Shown: positions 25,655 to 34,788, counted from the first letter of the stretch. The stretch: 64,000 nucleotides of DNA from a virus (IMGVR_UViG_3300037424_002164:1-64000), one strand, 5' to 3'. Numbers and translations are program-made. The notes: a model not told the origin generated them from the letters alone.

Positions 25655-25962
25655 ACCGAAACCAAGACATGAAGGCGCCCAAGCGTATCCAGCGCAAACG
25701 GACACTGGGATGGAAGATGCCAGAGGGGGCGGTTTATGTGGGACGCCCGTCGAAATGGGGGAACCCTTTCCGTCGTGGGGACTGTAGCGCCGAGGTGGTC
25801 GTGTCGTGCTTTCTCTCGTACATAGAAGGGAATCTGGACATCATCGACTCCGTGAAGCGGGAACTGCGTGGCAAAGACTTGGCGTGCTGGTGTCCGCTGG
25901 ATCAGCCATGCCATGCCGATGTGCTCCTGGAGATTGCAAACTCACAACTGAGAGAGGTCTAG
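25651..25962 (+). CDS. DUF4326 domain protein
   Basis: AVYVGRPSKWGNPF...ELRGKDLACWCPLDQPCHADVLLEIAN. Confidence 0.88.
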   Translation: MNRNQDMKAPKRIQRKRTLGWKMPEGAVYVGRPSKWGNPFRRGDCSAEVVVSCFLSYIEGNLDIIDSVKRELRGKDLACWCPLDQPCHADVLLEIANSQLREV

Positions 25963-25965
25963 AAC

Positions 25966-26982
25966 GTGAACCGAACCAAGATCGAATGGGCCCAGTTCAC
26001 GGTGAACCCTCTCCGCGCGCGAGACAAGGAGACCGGGAAGGTGGGCCACTTCTGCGCGCGGATCTCGCCTGGCTGCAAACACTGCTACGCCTCGCGGCTC
26101 CAATCCCGGTTCGGCACGCCCGATTTCAGCGCATTAAACCGCGACAAGGTTGAGTTGTTCCTGGATGACGCCGTGCTCCAGCGGGTGATCCGCCGGCGCA
26201 AGCCCGCGACGATCTTCTGGTGCGACATGACGGATATGTTCTACGAGGGCTACCCGGACGAGTGGATCGACCGCATCGCGGCGACTTGCGCGCTTACTCC
26301 ACAGCACCAGCATCTGTGGCTCACAAAGCGGACGGAGCGGGCGCGGAAGCACCTGAACGCCCCTCACGCTTGGGATTATGCGCGTCCAACAGGGATGAAG
26401 CATATCGATTGGCCGCTACCCAACGTGTTCCCCGGCTTCTCTGCCGAGGACCAGCCGCATTTCGACCAGCGCTGGTCCGACATGCGGCACCTGGCCGCGG
26501 CGGGGTGGCAGGTGTGGTGTTCGTACGAGCCGGCGCTCGGGCCTGTGGATATGGGCCGGGCGTTGGGTTTATGGTGCGCCGCGTGCGGGGTTGGAAAATG
26601 CGCAGTGGACGAGCAAGGCGACGCCTATTGTACAGGGTGTCGAGAGGAATGGATTGATCCGTTTTTCTCTGGCGTCGTCGCCGGCGGCGAGAGCGGCCCG
26701 GGTGCGCGGCCTGCGCCTCCCGAGTGGTTCCGATCCGTGCGCGATCAGTGCGAGGCGGCGGGGGTGCCGTTCCATTTTAAGCAGTGGGGCGAGTGCATGC
26801 CGATATTCCACGGCATCAACCCATCCGAGAACGACCCGAAATGTCGTATCAGTGACGGGTTTACGTTCCCACGCGATCAGGGCCAGAAGATTGGGCAGCA
26901 TATGTGGCGCGTCGGCAAGCGCGCCGCCGGCCGCCTGCTCGATGGGCGCGAGCACAACGAGACGGCGTGGGGGAAGGCGTGA
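25966..26982 (+). CDS. DUF5131 (Gp37/Gp68) family protein
   Basis: RTKIEWAQFTVNP, ISPGCKHCYA, WLTKR, SYEPALGPVD, GGESGPGARP, FHFKQWG. Confidence 0.9.
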   Translation: MNRTKIEWAQFTVNPLRARDKETGKVGHFCARISPGCKHCYASRLQSRFGTPDFSALNRDKVELFLDDAVLQRVIRRRKPATIFWCDMTDMFYEGYPDEWIDRIAATCALTPQHQHLWLTKRTERARKHLNAPHAWDYARPTGMKHIDWPLPNVFPGFSAEDQPHFDQRWSDMRHLAAAGWQVWCSYEPALGPVDMGRALGLWCAACGVGKCAVDEQGDAYCTGCREEWIDPFFSGVVAGGESGPGARPAPPEWFRSVRDQCEAAGVPFHFKQWGECMPIFHGINPSENDPKCRISDGFTFPRDQGQKIGQHMWRVGKRAAGRLLDGREHNETAWGKA

Positions 26983-27173
26983 ACCACGACACCATCAGCC
27001 GAGACGAAGATTGCGCCTGCGAATGCCATCTGCGAGATGAGTTGGACCGCGATGAGCCGGAGGACTTTGAGGCTAATGAGTTTGACGGGGTGATCGAGGG
27101 GGTGATCTGTCCCGAGTGCCACGCCCGTATTGGAGAGGGGGATTCTCATGATTCCGAATGCCCATATGCCTGA
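26979..27173 (+). CDS. Small acidic Cys-rich protein
   Basis: GTGA coupling; CACECH...ICPECH. Confidence 0.5.
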   Translation: MNHDTISRDEDCACECHLRDELDRDEPEDFEANEFDGVIEGVICPECHARIGEGDSHDSECPYA

Positions 27174-27633
27174 GACGGCTGCTGTGACCGAGCGCCCGAT
27201 CATCCTAAACGCCGAGGCCGTTCAGGCCATCCTAAAGGGGCGCAAGACCCAGGAGCGGCGGGTGGTGGAGCCGCAGCCGCATAAGAGCACCGCTTACTAC
27301 CTAGCGCTCCTCTGTCCCTTCGGCGTTCCCGGCGATCGCCTTTGGTTGCGGGGGCCGACCACCAGACCCCCGTGGGCCGAGCGCATCACGCTGGAGTTGA
27401 CCGCCGTGCGCGTCGAGCGACTTCAGGACATCAGCGAGGCCGACGCGATCGCGGAGGGATATACGCGTTCTGCCGTAGAAGATGATGGATCGCCGCTTGG
27501 GGCGGCATTGGCTGGCGGGGTGTGGACCGCCAAATTCAATTTCATGTTCGCGTGGGACCACCGCAACGCCAAGCGCGGCTTTGGGTGGACGGACAACCCG
27601 TGGGTGTGGGTGCTCGAATGGAGGCGATCATGA
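27166..27633 (+). CDS. ASCH-like phage protein
   Basis: RPIILNAEAVQAILKGRKTQERR; RITLELTAVRVERLQDISEADAIAEG; NPWVWVLEW. Confidence 0.75.
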   Translation: MPETAAVTERPIILNAEAVQAILKGRKTQERRVVEPQPHKSTAYYLALLCPFGVPGDRLWLRGPTTRPPWAERITLELTAVRVERLQDISEADAIAEGYTRSAVEDDGSPLGAALAGGVWTAKFNFMFAWDHRNAKRGFGWTDNPWVWVLEWRRS

Positions 27634-27938
27634 TGGGCAAAGACGAGGCCGATTTCTTCCGCGCGAAGTTGCTGCCGATCATCCGCGACGCGGCGAATGA
27701 CCACGGCGGGAACCCGATGGACCGCAACCCGCTGCGGTCGCTGCTCCGGCAATTGATCGAGTACGTCGAGTATTTGGAGGCCGAGAACAAGCGGCTACAG
27801 ACGGACAAGGAGCGTCTGGATTGGCTAGCATCGGAAGTGAATGGCTGGGCTAAAGCCTACCGCCGATGGACCGGTGAGCCGCCGTTTCCTGAGACGTTGC
27901 GTGCCGCCATCGACGCGGCGCGGAAGGGGCAAGGGTGA
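27630..27938 (+). CDS. Hypothetical protein
   Basis: ATGA coupling; DKERLDWL motif. Confidence 0.6.
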   Translation: MMGKDEADFFRAKLLPIIRDAANDHGGNPMDRNPLRSLLRQLIEYVEYLEAENKRLQTDKERLDWLASEVNGWAKAYRRWTGEPPFPETLRAAIDAARKGQG

Positions 27939-27984
27939 GACCCATTCTGGGAGAGGCTTGGGGAACCCTTGCGGAGGCCAAGCG

Positions 27985-28344
27985 ATGACCATAGGCTGGG
28001 AGGTCGCGGTGCCGGCGATCCTGGCTACCTGGCTACTGCTCTACTTAGCCCAGCGCGCGGCGCAGGGGAGTCAACGCCGGACGCTGTGCATCGACTGCGC
28101 GCATTTGGACCCTGAGTCACAAGACGAGCCCCCTGAATCACGATGGATGTGCGCCGCGCCGATGTTCACCGAAGTGAACTTCCTGACAGGCGGGCCGAGG
28201 AGTCAGCGCTTATGCTCGTGCATCAACACAAAGGGGAAATGCCCCGGGTTCAAGGCCAAGGCGCGACGCCCCCACCCTTGCAATAGGGAGATCCTGATCT
28301 GGCCCCACGCTTGGATCAAAAAGCGGAAGGGCGCGAAACCATGA
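27985..28344 (+). CDS. Membrane-anchored Cys-rich protein
   Basis: N-terminal TM; CIDCAH...C...CINTKGKC. Confidence 0.55.
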   Translation: MTIGWEVAVPAILATWLLLYLAQRAAQGSQRRTLCIDCAHLDPESQDEPPESRWMCAAPMFTEVNFLTGGPRSQRLCSCINTKGKCPGFKAKARRPHPCNREILIWPHAWIKKRKGAKP

Positions 28345-28631
28345 CACGCCGCGGACTACTCGCAGCCCTGGGAGGCTTTGCTCTCGATCCTGAGCGGCTC
28401 CTGTGGCGGCCGGGAGCGAAGCTGATCTCGATTCCCGCTTTGATTCCCTCGTTTCCTCCCTCGGTTCGCGTACGATGCACCCAGGGCGTCCTCGAGGTGG
28501 CTTGGCCGCCGGGTTCCTGGACGGCGCTCGGGCCGCTCAACTTGCGCAAGGCCCTTGCGCTTCGAATGGCTGACGGGCCGATCAACTTTCCCCTTTCGCT
28601 TCGGAAGACTGACTGGGCGAGGCTTCACTGA
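28341..28631 (+). CDS. Twin-arginine-like small protein
   Basis: MTRRGLLAALGGFALDPERLLWRPGAKLISIP. Confidence 0.55.
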   Translation: MTRRGLLAALGGFALDPERLLWRPGAKLISIPALIPSFPPSVRVRCTQGVLEVAWPPGSWTALGPLNLRKALALRMADGPINFPLSLRKTDWARLH

Positions 28632-28863
28632 GCTGCCGCCGCCGGCTTTCTCCGCTTGGGGCACTTGGGTAGGCGAGGTCAAAATAAAGTTTCCGCCCCC
28701 CCCCCTCCCGGCGTATCGTTTTGTAACACGGGGGAAGCCTGCCGGAACGTTGCCCAGTCGTGCAAAAACCTGTGGAAAGTAAGGAAAACCAGTACTTCCG
28801 CCCTGCTGGAATACGGTTTTACCCAATAACGACGGCCTTCGCGCGCATTCTGAAATTGCGCCC

Positions 28864-28975
28864 CTGGACCAAAAGGTAAAGGTTTTGGTCCAAGGTTCAG
28901 GGCCAAACGGTACCGTATGGAATCAACACGTTACAAGCACAGAATGCGCAACCGCGAGAAGGGGTTTTGGTCCAG
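28864..28975. repeat. Inverted repeats (CT)GGACCAAAA / TTTTGGTCC(AG) next to the resolvase
   Basis: 28864-28874, 28883-28891, 28965-28975. Confidence 0.75.
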
Positions 28976-28981
28976 CCTTTT

Positions 28982-29578
28982 TCAGGCTGTTTTGAGGTCG
29001 TTTGTTGACTCAAGCAACCGTTCGACGGTACCGCGGCCCACGCCAAGTTGCGCGGCGATCGCGCGCTGCGAGAAGCCCGCGCGGTGCAGCTTCCGCGCGC
29101 GCTTCTGATCGAGCGACACGTTCGGCCGTCCGATCCGCACGCCCTTGTGCTGCGCGGCCGCCATCCCCGCCTTGACGCGCTCGCGGATCATTTCGCGCTC
29201 GAACTCCGCCACCGCGGCCAGGATGTGCAGCAGCAGCCGGCTGGTCGGGTTCGTCTGGTCGGTGTCGAGCGATTGCGACGTTGCAATGAACCGGATGCCC
29301 CAGGAGTTGAGCTGTCCGAGCTGCTCGGAGAGATTGAGCACCGAGCGCCCAAAGCGGTCCAGCTTCCAGACGCACACGGCATCGAAGCGGTGTTCCGCCG
29401 CGTCTTGCATCACGTGATCGAGTTCTGGACGGCTGGCCTTCGCCCCGCTCCATCCGGTATCGACGTACTCGCCGGCGATCGTCCAGCCTCTCCGGCCGCA
29501 GTACTCGCGCAGCTCGCGGAGCTGCATTTCACAGTGCTGGTCGATCGTGGATACCCGGGCGTAGATGGCGCAGCGCAC
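28982..29578 (-). CDS. Small serine recombinase (resolvase/invertase)
   Basis: MRCAIYARVST..Q, YVDTGWSGAKASRPEL, WKLDRFGRS, AEFEREMIRERVKAG, C-terminal HTH. Confidence 0.93.
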   Translation of the reverse strand: MRCAIYARVSTIDQHCEMQLRELREYCGRRGWTIAGEYVDTGWSGAKASRPELDHVMQDAAEHRFDAVCVWKLDRFGRSVLNLSEQLGQLNSWGIRFIATSQSLDTDQTNPTSRLLLHILAAVAEFEREMIRERVKAGMAAAQHKGVRIGRPNVSLDQKRARKLHRAGFSQRAIAAQLGVGRGTVERLLESTNDLKTA

Positions 29579-29860
29579 TCATTAAGGTTATCGACACTTG
29601 GGAGGGGACACGCACAAAGCGGTATACTCGGAATCAAAGTGGCTGCCCTTAGAATCGCGTTGGGATGCGCGGGGGTTTTCCTTTCCCCTCGGCGCCCCAC
29701 GGTTGGCTGTTGCTTTTGAATCACTCCTCCCTCTAGGGGCGCCGGCTCCTCGGTGGATCGGCGCCCTTCGAGTGTACCCTCTGCACGGCTTGAATGACTC
29801 GCGGGGGGTTCAGTTCCGGATGCGGCCCCACCAGCCAGCGCCACAGCAGCCTCAGCAGGA

Positions 29861-30004
29861 TCACGGCTGGATCTCCGGCCAGGTGGCCAGGATTGCCTCC
29901 TCGAGCTCACGGCGCATGCGCTCCGGCTCGTGTTCCGCGAGCAGTTGTTCGAGGACTCCATCCAAACCGAATTCGTTCAGCATCTCACTGAGGCGCGGAT
30001 CCAT
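29861..30004 (-). CDS. Small hypothetical protein
   Basis: GGAG RBS, MDPRLSEML. Confidence 0.5.
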   Translation of the reverse strand: MDPRLSEMLNEFGLDGVLEQLLAEHEPERMRRELEEAILATWPEIQP

Positions 30005-30236
30005 GGACTCGCTCCTTTCTCCGTGCGGCGCCGCGCGCTCGAAGAGCCTCATCCGCCGCCCGCCGGGCCCCCAAATAAAACAGTTGCCCCACTGTAAAGC
30101 GGTACCGCTCGCCCTTGTGGCCTTCTCCCTTCAGCCGAACGAGCACGGTCCCCGTGGGCTCAAGAACCACCACGACATGCCGTCCCCGGATGCTGCTGAA
30201 ACTCTCGCGGACCACGGGTTTGGTGAGCAACGTCAT
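29985..30236 (-). CDS. Hypothetical protein
   Basis: MTLLTKPVVRES; coupled. Confidence 0.55.
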   Translation of the reverse strand: MTLLTKPVVRESFSSIRGRHVVVVLEPTGTVLVRLKGEGHKGERYRFTVGQLFYLGARRAADEALRARGAARRKERVHGSAPQ

Positions 30237-30715
30237 CCGAACACCTGCCGAGGTGCCGGCACCAGCGGGTTGGCGATCCCTTCCCGCAGCTTGTCTGCCA
30301 TCTCGTAGGCCCTCGCCCCGATGTCGTTCATAGACGACAGCCGGTCTTCGTGCCAGAGCGCGCGCCACTTCTTCCGCTTCTCGGGATCGTCGATCAGATC
30401 CAGCCCCGCCATGTAAGTATTGCGGTCCTCTTCATGTCCGATGATGCAGGACTCGAAGCAGGCGGCCAGCTCAACCCTCTTGACCGGATCAGTGGTTACC
30501 CGATCAACTACCGCTTCCAGCCCTTCGCCGAAATGTCGCTGACACCATTCCTCCGCTCCGCCGAAAAGGAACAGGGGGACCTCCTCCCCATCCCCATGAA
30601 GGGGCATGAAGGAGTACTGTCCGCTCCCCAAAAACAGACAAGCGACCAACGCTACGTCGAGAGACTGAGCCTCAATTGTGTACGAATCGCTCATGTTGAT
30701 GATGTCGTAGAGCAT
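30233..30715 (-). CDS. Hypothetical protein (160 aa)
   Basis: GGAGG RBS before MLYDIINMSD. Confidence 0.7.
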   Translation of the reverse strand: MLYDIINMSDSYTIEAQSLDVALVACLFLGSGQYSFMPLHGDGEEVPLFLFGGAEEWCQRHFGEGLEAVVDRVTTDPVKRVELAACFESCIIGHEEDRNTYMAGLDLIDDPEKRKKWRALWHEDRLSSMNDIGARAYEMADKLREGIANPLVPAPRQVFG

Positions 30716-30717
30716 AG

Positions 30718-31671
30718 CTATTCCTCCACCGTACCGCCGAACTCCCGCTCGCACTCGGCCCAGTAGGCGCAACTCGAGCGGCTGCAAAACATGGACCCCC
30801 GGTTCGGGGTGTACAACCCGGAGCGCATCGCCTCCTGCGCGAGCGGGTAGATCACGTCGATGTGCCGCAGATCCGCGTCCGTCACCCGGTAGGCTGACGA
30901 GTGAATCTCCGGCGCGGATTTTGTCGGCCGGCCATCCCTGCCCCTGGTTTGGATGAGCGTGTCAATGCCCACCTGGCCGCTGGCTCCCGGCGTCAGCCGT
31001 GCGTAGGTGGCCACCTGGCGGGCGTAGTCGGGCCGGATTCCCGGGGGCTTTTTGATGGAGGTCTTGATGTCTACGATCCGGCCGTTCGAGTTGAGCAGGT
31101 CGACGTAGCCCTGGACCTTCACGCCTCCGATCAGTCCGGTCACCTTGCGCTCGACGGCCACCGGGGTGATTGCCGGCGCCTTCTCGACCAGGTACTTCTG
31201 CGCCAGCACGGAGCCGGTCAGAGCCAACTCCTCCGGATCGTCGTCCGGGGCGAAGCGGGCCGAAGCAGCCTCCGTCTTCCAGCCCTCCGCGTAGATGCCC
31301 AGGAATTCCTCGCGCTCGAGATCCTGGCCCGACTGGATCTTCAGCCGAAAGTTCTCAGCCAGGGCGTGGTGGACGGCCCTTCCCATGGCCCGCCTCGCGT
31401 CCGTGACGTCGGGCAACCCCCGAAAGTACTTGAAATACCAGCGGGCGTTACAGTCCAGGAAGGTGTTGGTTTGGGAGGGGCTCAGGACCTCGGCCACTTC
31501 AAGGTTGAGCGCCGGTTCCGGCGATGCGCACGGCGTGATTGTTGCCGTTTTCCCGGTTCCGCGGCCGAATTCCGGCAATAAGGGCGGGGTGCTTATTGCC
31601 GTTTCGCCCTGCCACCAGGTGGCGAGGCGGGCCATAAGGCCCGCCTGCCCGTTCGTGCCGTTGGCGATCAT
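30718..31671 (-). CDS. PD-(D/E)XK RecB/Cas4-like exonuclease
   Basis: LSPSQTNTFLDC, GRAVHHAL, QGYVDLL..IVDIKT, QVATY, C-terminal CSRSSCAYWAEC. Confidence 0.88.
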   Translation of the reverse strand: MIANGTNGQAGLMARLATWWQGETAISTPPLLPEFGRGTGKTATITPCASPEPALNLEVAEVLSPSQTNTFLDCNARWYFKYFRGLPDVTDARRAMGRAVHHALAENFRLKIQSGQDLEREEFLGIYAEGWKTEAASARFAPDDDPEELALTGSVLAQKYLVEKAPAITPVAVERKVTGLIGGVKVQGYVDLLNSNGRIVDIKTSIKKPPGIRPDYARQVATYARLTPGASGQVGIDTLIQTRGRDGRPTKSAPEIHSSAYRVTDADLRHIDVIYPLAQEAMRSGLYTPNRGSMFCSRSSCAYWAECEREFGGTVEE

Positions 31672-32333
31672 TGACGGTCCCCAATGAAGCGGGTCCGTAC
31701 ATTTTTCCCCGCATCGATGTAAAGGACTGCGGCCGCCTGCCGCAAATCCTCGCCGGTGAACTGCACCGGAAGGCTCTTGGTCGCAGCAGCGTCCCGCGCG
31801 GCCACCAGGACGTCGATCGCGTCCAGGTAGCACCGGAGCAACTCGGCCTTGGGATCCCAGTACGGGACACCGTTCGCCACCGCGTGGCCGTTGCCGGCGC
31901 CGTTGTGGCCGTTGCCGGAGCCGTTGGGCTTTCCGTTGACCTTGCCGTTCCCTGATGATGGGGTAGAATCGGTGTTGTCCATGACTGGGGCGGCCGGCTT
32001 GGTAACCGTTTCCCGCCGAGACGGCTCGGGCCGGCCTGCCTCGTCCTGCCATCGCGGATCGGGATCCACCCGACTAACTTTCCATTCGATTCCCCGGCGG
32101 TTTCCGGCTTTGACTTCGGCTTTAGTGACGGAAATCCGCTGGCCCGGCTCGATGCCGAGTTCGCGGATCCGCTCCGCGCAGATGGGCGGCAGGTACATAG
32201 TGGTCTCGCCGTTCGGGGCCGACTTCAGGCTGAACATCACCTGCGGCCCGTAGTTTCCTTCCGCTTCCTTCCCGTCGCGGTAGGCTAACGCTACTTCGAC
32301 GGGCACGTTGGTTTGAAATCGCAACACGCTCAT
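31668..32333 (-). CDS. Hypothetical, possibly ssDNA-binding/recombination accessory protein
   Basis: OB-like N-terminus and Gly/Asn linker; directly upstream of the exonuclease. Confidence 0.55.
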   Translation of the reverse strand: MSVLRFQTNVPVEVALAYRDGKEAEGNYGPQVMFSLKSAPNGETTMYLPPICAERIRELGIEPGQRISVTKAEVKAGNRRGIEWKVSRVDPDPRWQDEAGRPEPSRRETVTKPAAPVMDNTDSTPSSGNGKVNGKPNGSGNGHNGAGNGHAVANGVPYWDPKAELLRCYLDAIDVLVAARDAAATKSLPVQFTGEDLRQAAAVLYIDAGKNVRTRFIGDRQ

Positions 32334-32364
32334 AGTAGGTTGTTTCCTTTCTGTTGTTTCAACT

Positions 32365-32643
32365 TCAGTACTGTGATTTCGGCAGTCGACGAATCGCCGC
32401 GTCCAATTGCCGCACCTTCTCCCGCAGTGGGGCCGCGTCGTCCGCGGTCCGCCGGTCCAAGATCCGGCCTATGTCTCCCCGGAGCGCCGCCAGTTGGATG
32501 GCGACTTCCGAGACGGCCTCGGTCAGCATGACGATCAGCTCGCCCGGGATCTCACCCGGGTCGATTTCCCCGACCAGGTGTTGCCCTTCCTGGCGCATCG
32601 ACTCCTGCCGTGCCACCAGTTCGTTCAAGTCCCTCGGTTTCAT
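32365..32643 (-). CDS. Hypothetical coiled-coil protein
   Basis: MKPRDLNELVARQ; coupled. Confidence 0.55.
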   Translation of the reverse strand: MKPRDLNELVARQESMRQEGQHLVGEIDPGEIPGELIVMLTEAVSEVAIQLAALRGDIGRILDRRTADDAAPLREKVRQLDAAIRRLPKSQY

Positions 32644-32972
32644 GCGATCTTCCTCCCTTTCGCCAGCTCCCAGGCGTCGTTCAAGCCCGCGATCGCGGCC
32701 TCGAAGCTGATCTCGAACCGCAACTCGAACGCGCGGCGGCCAATGACATGCACCGCCTCCCGTCCCTCCTGGTGGTGTTTCGCGCAAAGCGGTACGGCGC
32801 GGTGGTCGTTGCGCGGCCGGCCGACGTGGTGGGCTTCGACCCACCTGGAGCAGTTCGGATGCTGGACGATGCAGCCGAGGCCGTGGAGCCAGCGCAGATA
32901 AGCGCGGTCCTCGACAGCGCCGCGCCGGGGTTTGAGCGATTGCCGGCGGATCGGGGTGTAGCGGCGGATCAT
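32640..32972 (-). CDS. HNH/DUF968-like nuclease-fold protein
   Basis: YLRWLHGLGCIV..C..VEAHHVG..DHRAVPLCAKHH. Confidence 0.75.
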   Translation of the reverse strand: MIRRYTPIRRQSLKPRRGAVEDRAYLRWLHGLGCIVQHPNCSRWVEAHHVGRPRNDHRAVPLCAKHHQEGREAVHVIGRRAFELRFEISFEAAIAGLNDAWELAKGRKIA

Positions 32973-33539
32973 GATTTTCCTCCCTCCCAGTTCCATAGAC
33001 CAAGAGAGCCTTTTGCTGGAATTGGTTTAAGCAGGGGCTTTACGTCAACCAGAATCCAGGCGTACCGTCCACGCCCGTAGTCGCCGAACTCCCGCTCGTG
33101 GAGGTTTTCGGCCAACAGATACGTCCATTCCCTGAGAATCCCCGCTGGCGCTCCATCGGCCGCGTACATCCATTCGCTAATCCGGACGCAATCCGCCAGC
33201 TTGCACGTCGCCACGACACAGCCCAGGGGCTGTCCAACGATATCCGGCCATAGACGGCTGGCACCATGAACGCGCATCGCCTCGTAGACGACTGGCTCCT
33301 GAGCGAACTGCCGAGCTTCTTTGGGATATCCCTTCGCCGCATGGATCGCCAGTGGCCCACGGTGGGGGGTTCCCCAACTCCTGGTCTCGATTGTTTTGGC
33401 ACCGATCGCCACCAACGTGGCCCACGGCTGTGTAAGGGTGAGCGCTTTCATGGGACCTCCACTTCGCGCAGCTCGGCCACAAAGCACCTCCCCCAAGATC
33501 CAGAACAACGGCGGATCGGGGTGTAGCGGCGGATCATGA
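32944..33539. repeat. 31-bp perfect direct repeat flanking the ASCH cassette
   Basis: cggcggatcggggtgtagcggcggatcatga at 32944-32974 and 33509-33539. Confidence 0.9.
32969..33451 (-). CDS. ASCH domain protein
   Basis: MKALTLTQPWATLVAIGAKTIETRSW, LAIHAAK, FGDYGRGRYAW, IPAKGSLGLW. Confidence 0.88.
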   Translation of the reverse strand: MKALTLTQPWATLVAIGAKTIETRSWGTPHRGPLAIHAAKGYPKEARQFAQEPVVYEAMRVHGASRLWPDIVGQPLGCVVATCKLADCVRISEWMYAADGAPAGILREWTYLLAENLHEREFGDYGRGRYAWILVDVKPLLKPIPAKGSLGLWNWEGGKS

Positions 33540-33725
33540 GTGCCTCCTGTCGATGTGGCGGAACTTCTCCACGAGTTTCTGATGCACCCGTGTCCACTCA
33601 TCCACATTGATGCCGAAGCCGCGGTCCCCAACGCCTGGGTATTTCCAATGCACGCTAAGCAGGTAAACGATGTGTCTCACTTCTGATTGCGTGAACTTCA
33701 GGTCGGTGGGCCGCGGTTTAGCCAT
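33534..33725 (-). CDS. Hypothetical protein
   Basis: MAKPRPTDLKF; coupled. Confidence 0.5.
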   Translation of the reverse strand: MAKPRPTDLKFTQSEVRHIVYLLSVHWKYPGVGDRGFGINVDEWTRVHQKLVEKFRHIDRRHS

Positions 33726-33861
33726 TGAGCACCTCCCCGAGTAGCCAGAACAGCACAATAAACGCGACCAGCACGATTCCGGTGAGCGCGTCGCCCAGCC
33801 ACATCTGCCAGCGCATCCGGCGCGCTCGGCCAACAGTTGAGTTCCGCATGAATTGGGTCAT
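33718..33861 (-). CDS. Small membrane protein
   Basis: Single TM near the C-terminus. Confidence 0.5.
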   Translation of the reverse strand: MTQFMRNSTVGRARRMRWQMWLGDALTGIVLVAFIVLFWLLGEVLNG

Positions 33862-34082
33862 GCCGCATCCTCGATTTCCGGCTCGTAGGGATCGAAGCCT
33901 TCCAGGGCCTGTGCGAGGTTGTCGCAGACCGTATGCCGGAAAATCGGCGGCTGCTCGACGCTGGGCTGGTCCGGAGTCACCGGCTGGCCGCACTCGAAGC
34001 ACAGGCGGTCGATCCGCTCGGGCAGCTTGGGCACGGGCATCAGCCGGTCCAGCGCGTCAGAGAGGGCGTGTAGGGCGTTCAT
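33858..34082 (-). CDS. Small Zn-binding protein
   Basis: CFECG...HTVC. Confidence 0.55.
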   Translation of the reverse strand: MNALHALSDALDRLMPVPKLPERIDRLCFECGQPVTPDQPSVEQPPIFRHTVCDNLAQALEGFDPYEPEIEDAA

Positions 34083-34375
34083 GAGGCCAGCCCCTTTCCG
34101 GACAGGGCGGCCGCGCGGAGCAGATCGTGCAGCTCATCCTGGAAGCAATCGAAGCCAGGGTTGTCGAGGTTAGGGGACCACTTGCAAAGGAATTTCGAGA
34201 GCAGTTCCCCGAAAGTGGGCGGCGCCGGCGCGCGTTCCAGGGTTCGCAGGCTGGCCGTGGCCACATGTACAGAGTTCTGTACAGCGTCCCAGGCGAGCAG
34301 CAGTGCCCGGAGGTCGGCCAACCCCGCTTCTTGAAGCGCCTTCGCTTCGGCGCGGTAGTCGCGTTCAGGCTGCAT
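34079..34375 (-). CDS. Hypothetical protein
   Basis: Coupled. Confidence 0.55.
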   Translation of the reverse strand: MQPERDYRAEAKALQEAGLADLRALLLAWDAVQNSVHVATASLRTLERAPAPPTFGELLSKFLCKWSPNLDNPGFDCFQDELHDLLRAAALSGKGLAS

Positions 34376-34664
34376 GGGGGGTCTCCAGGCACGCCAGGCA
34401 ACTGGCGCAGTCGGCGCACACCTCGCAGAGAAGGGCGCGGCAGATGGAGCAGCGGTGCTCCAGGTATGGGAGTTCGGCTCCGCAGCCGGCGCAGAGCCAG
34501 GTCCGGACCGGCGTCTTCTCTCCGGTTGCCGGCCATTCGTCGATGCGTTCGCGCGCCTCGCGCGGGGCGTCGGCGCGTTCGAGGGCTTCCTGCTGGCGCA
34601 GGTAGCTCGCCTCGGTGAGGTGGGTCAGCTTCCAGGTGTCGTAGGTGGTTGGCATCATTACCAT
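34365..34664 (-). CDS. Zinc-finger protein, first gene of the leftward operon
   Basis: AAGGAG RBS; CAGCG..CSIC..LCEVCADCASC. Confidence 0.65.
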   Translation of the reverse strand: MVMMPTTYDTWKLTHLTEASYLRQQEALERADAPREARERIDEWPATGEKTPVRTWLCAGCGAELPYLEHRCSICRALLCEVCADCASCLACLETPHAA

Positions 34665-34704
34665 GGCTCCTTCTATCTTTCGCAAGTATGCATCTGACAG
34701 CCCA

Positions 34705-34733
34705 ATGATAACCTGCGCAAGTTAGCATGTCAA
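34705..34733 (-). promoter_or_regulatory. Strong sigma70 leftward promoter with palindromic operator in the spacer
   Basis: TTGACA-N17-TATCAT; AACCTGCGCAAGTT at 34710-34723. Confidence 0.8.
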
Positions 34734-34751
34734 GGGATTTTTTCATTTCCT

Positions 34752-34780
34752 TTGCTTTCTTGCGTCCGTGGGCATATACT
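34752..34780 (+). promoter_or_regulatory. Sigma70 rightward promoter, near-leaderless
   Basis: TTGCTT-N17-TATACT, ATG 8 nt downstream. Confidence 0.7.
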
Positions 34781-34788
34781 GAGGTTCG

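Noticed and set aside
28982-29578. Serine recombinase as the phage integrase
   Set aside because: 198 aa with catalytic domain plus HTH only; lacks the recombinase and zinc-ribbon domains of large serine integrases.
30718-31671. Cas4-like nuclease as evidence of a CRISPR system
   Set aside because: Stand-alone RecB/Cas4-type nucleases are common in phage recombination modules; no cas1/cas2 or array present.
28982-34664. Leftward block as an invertible segment of the serine recombinase
   Set aside because: No matching inverted repeat found near 34.7 kb; orientation is explained by its own consensus promoter.
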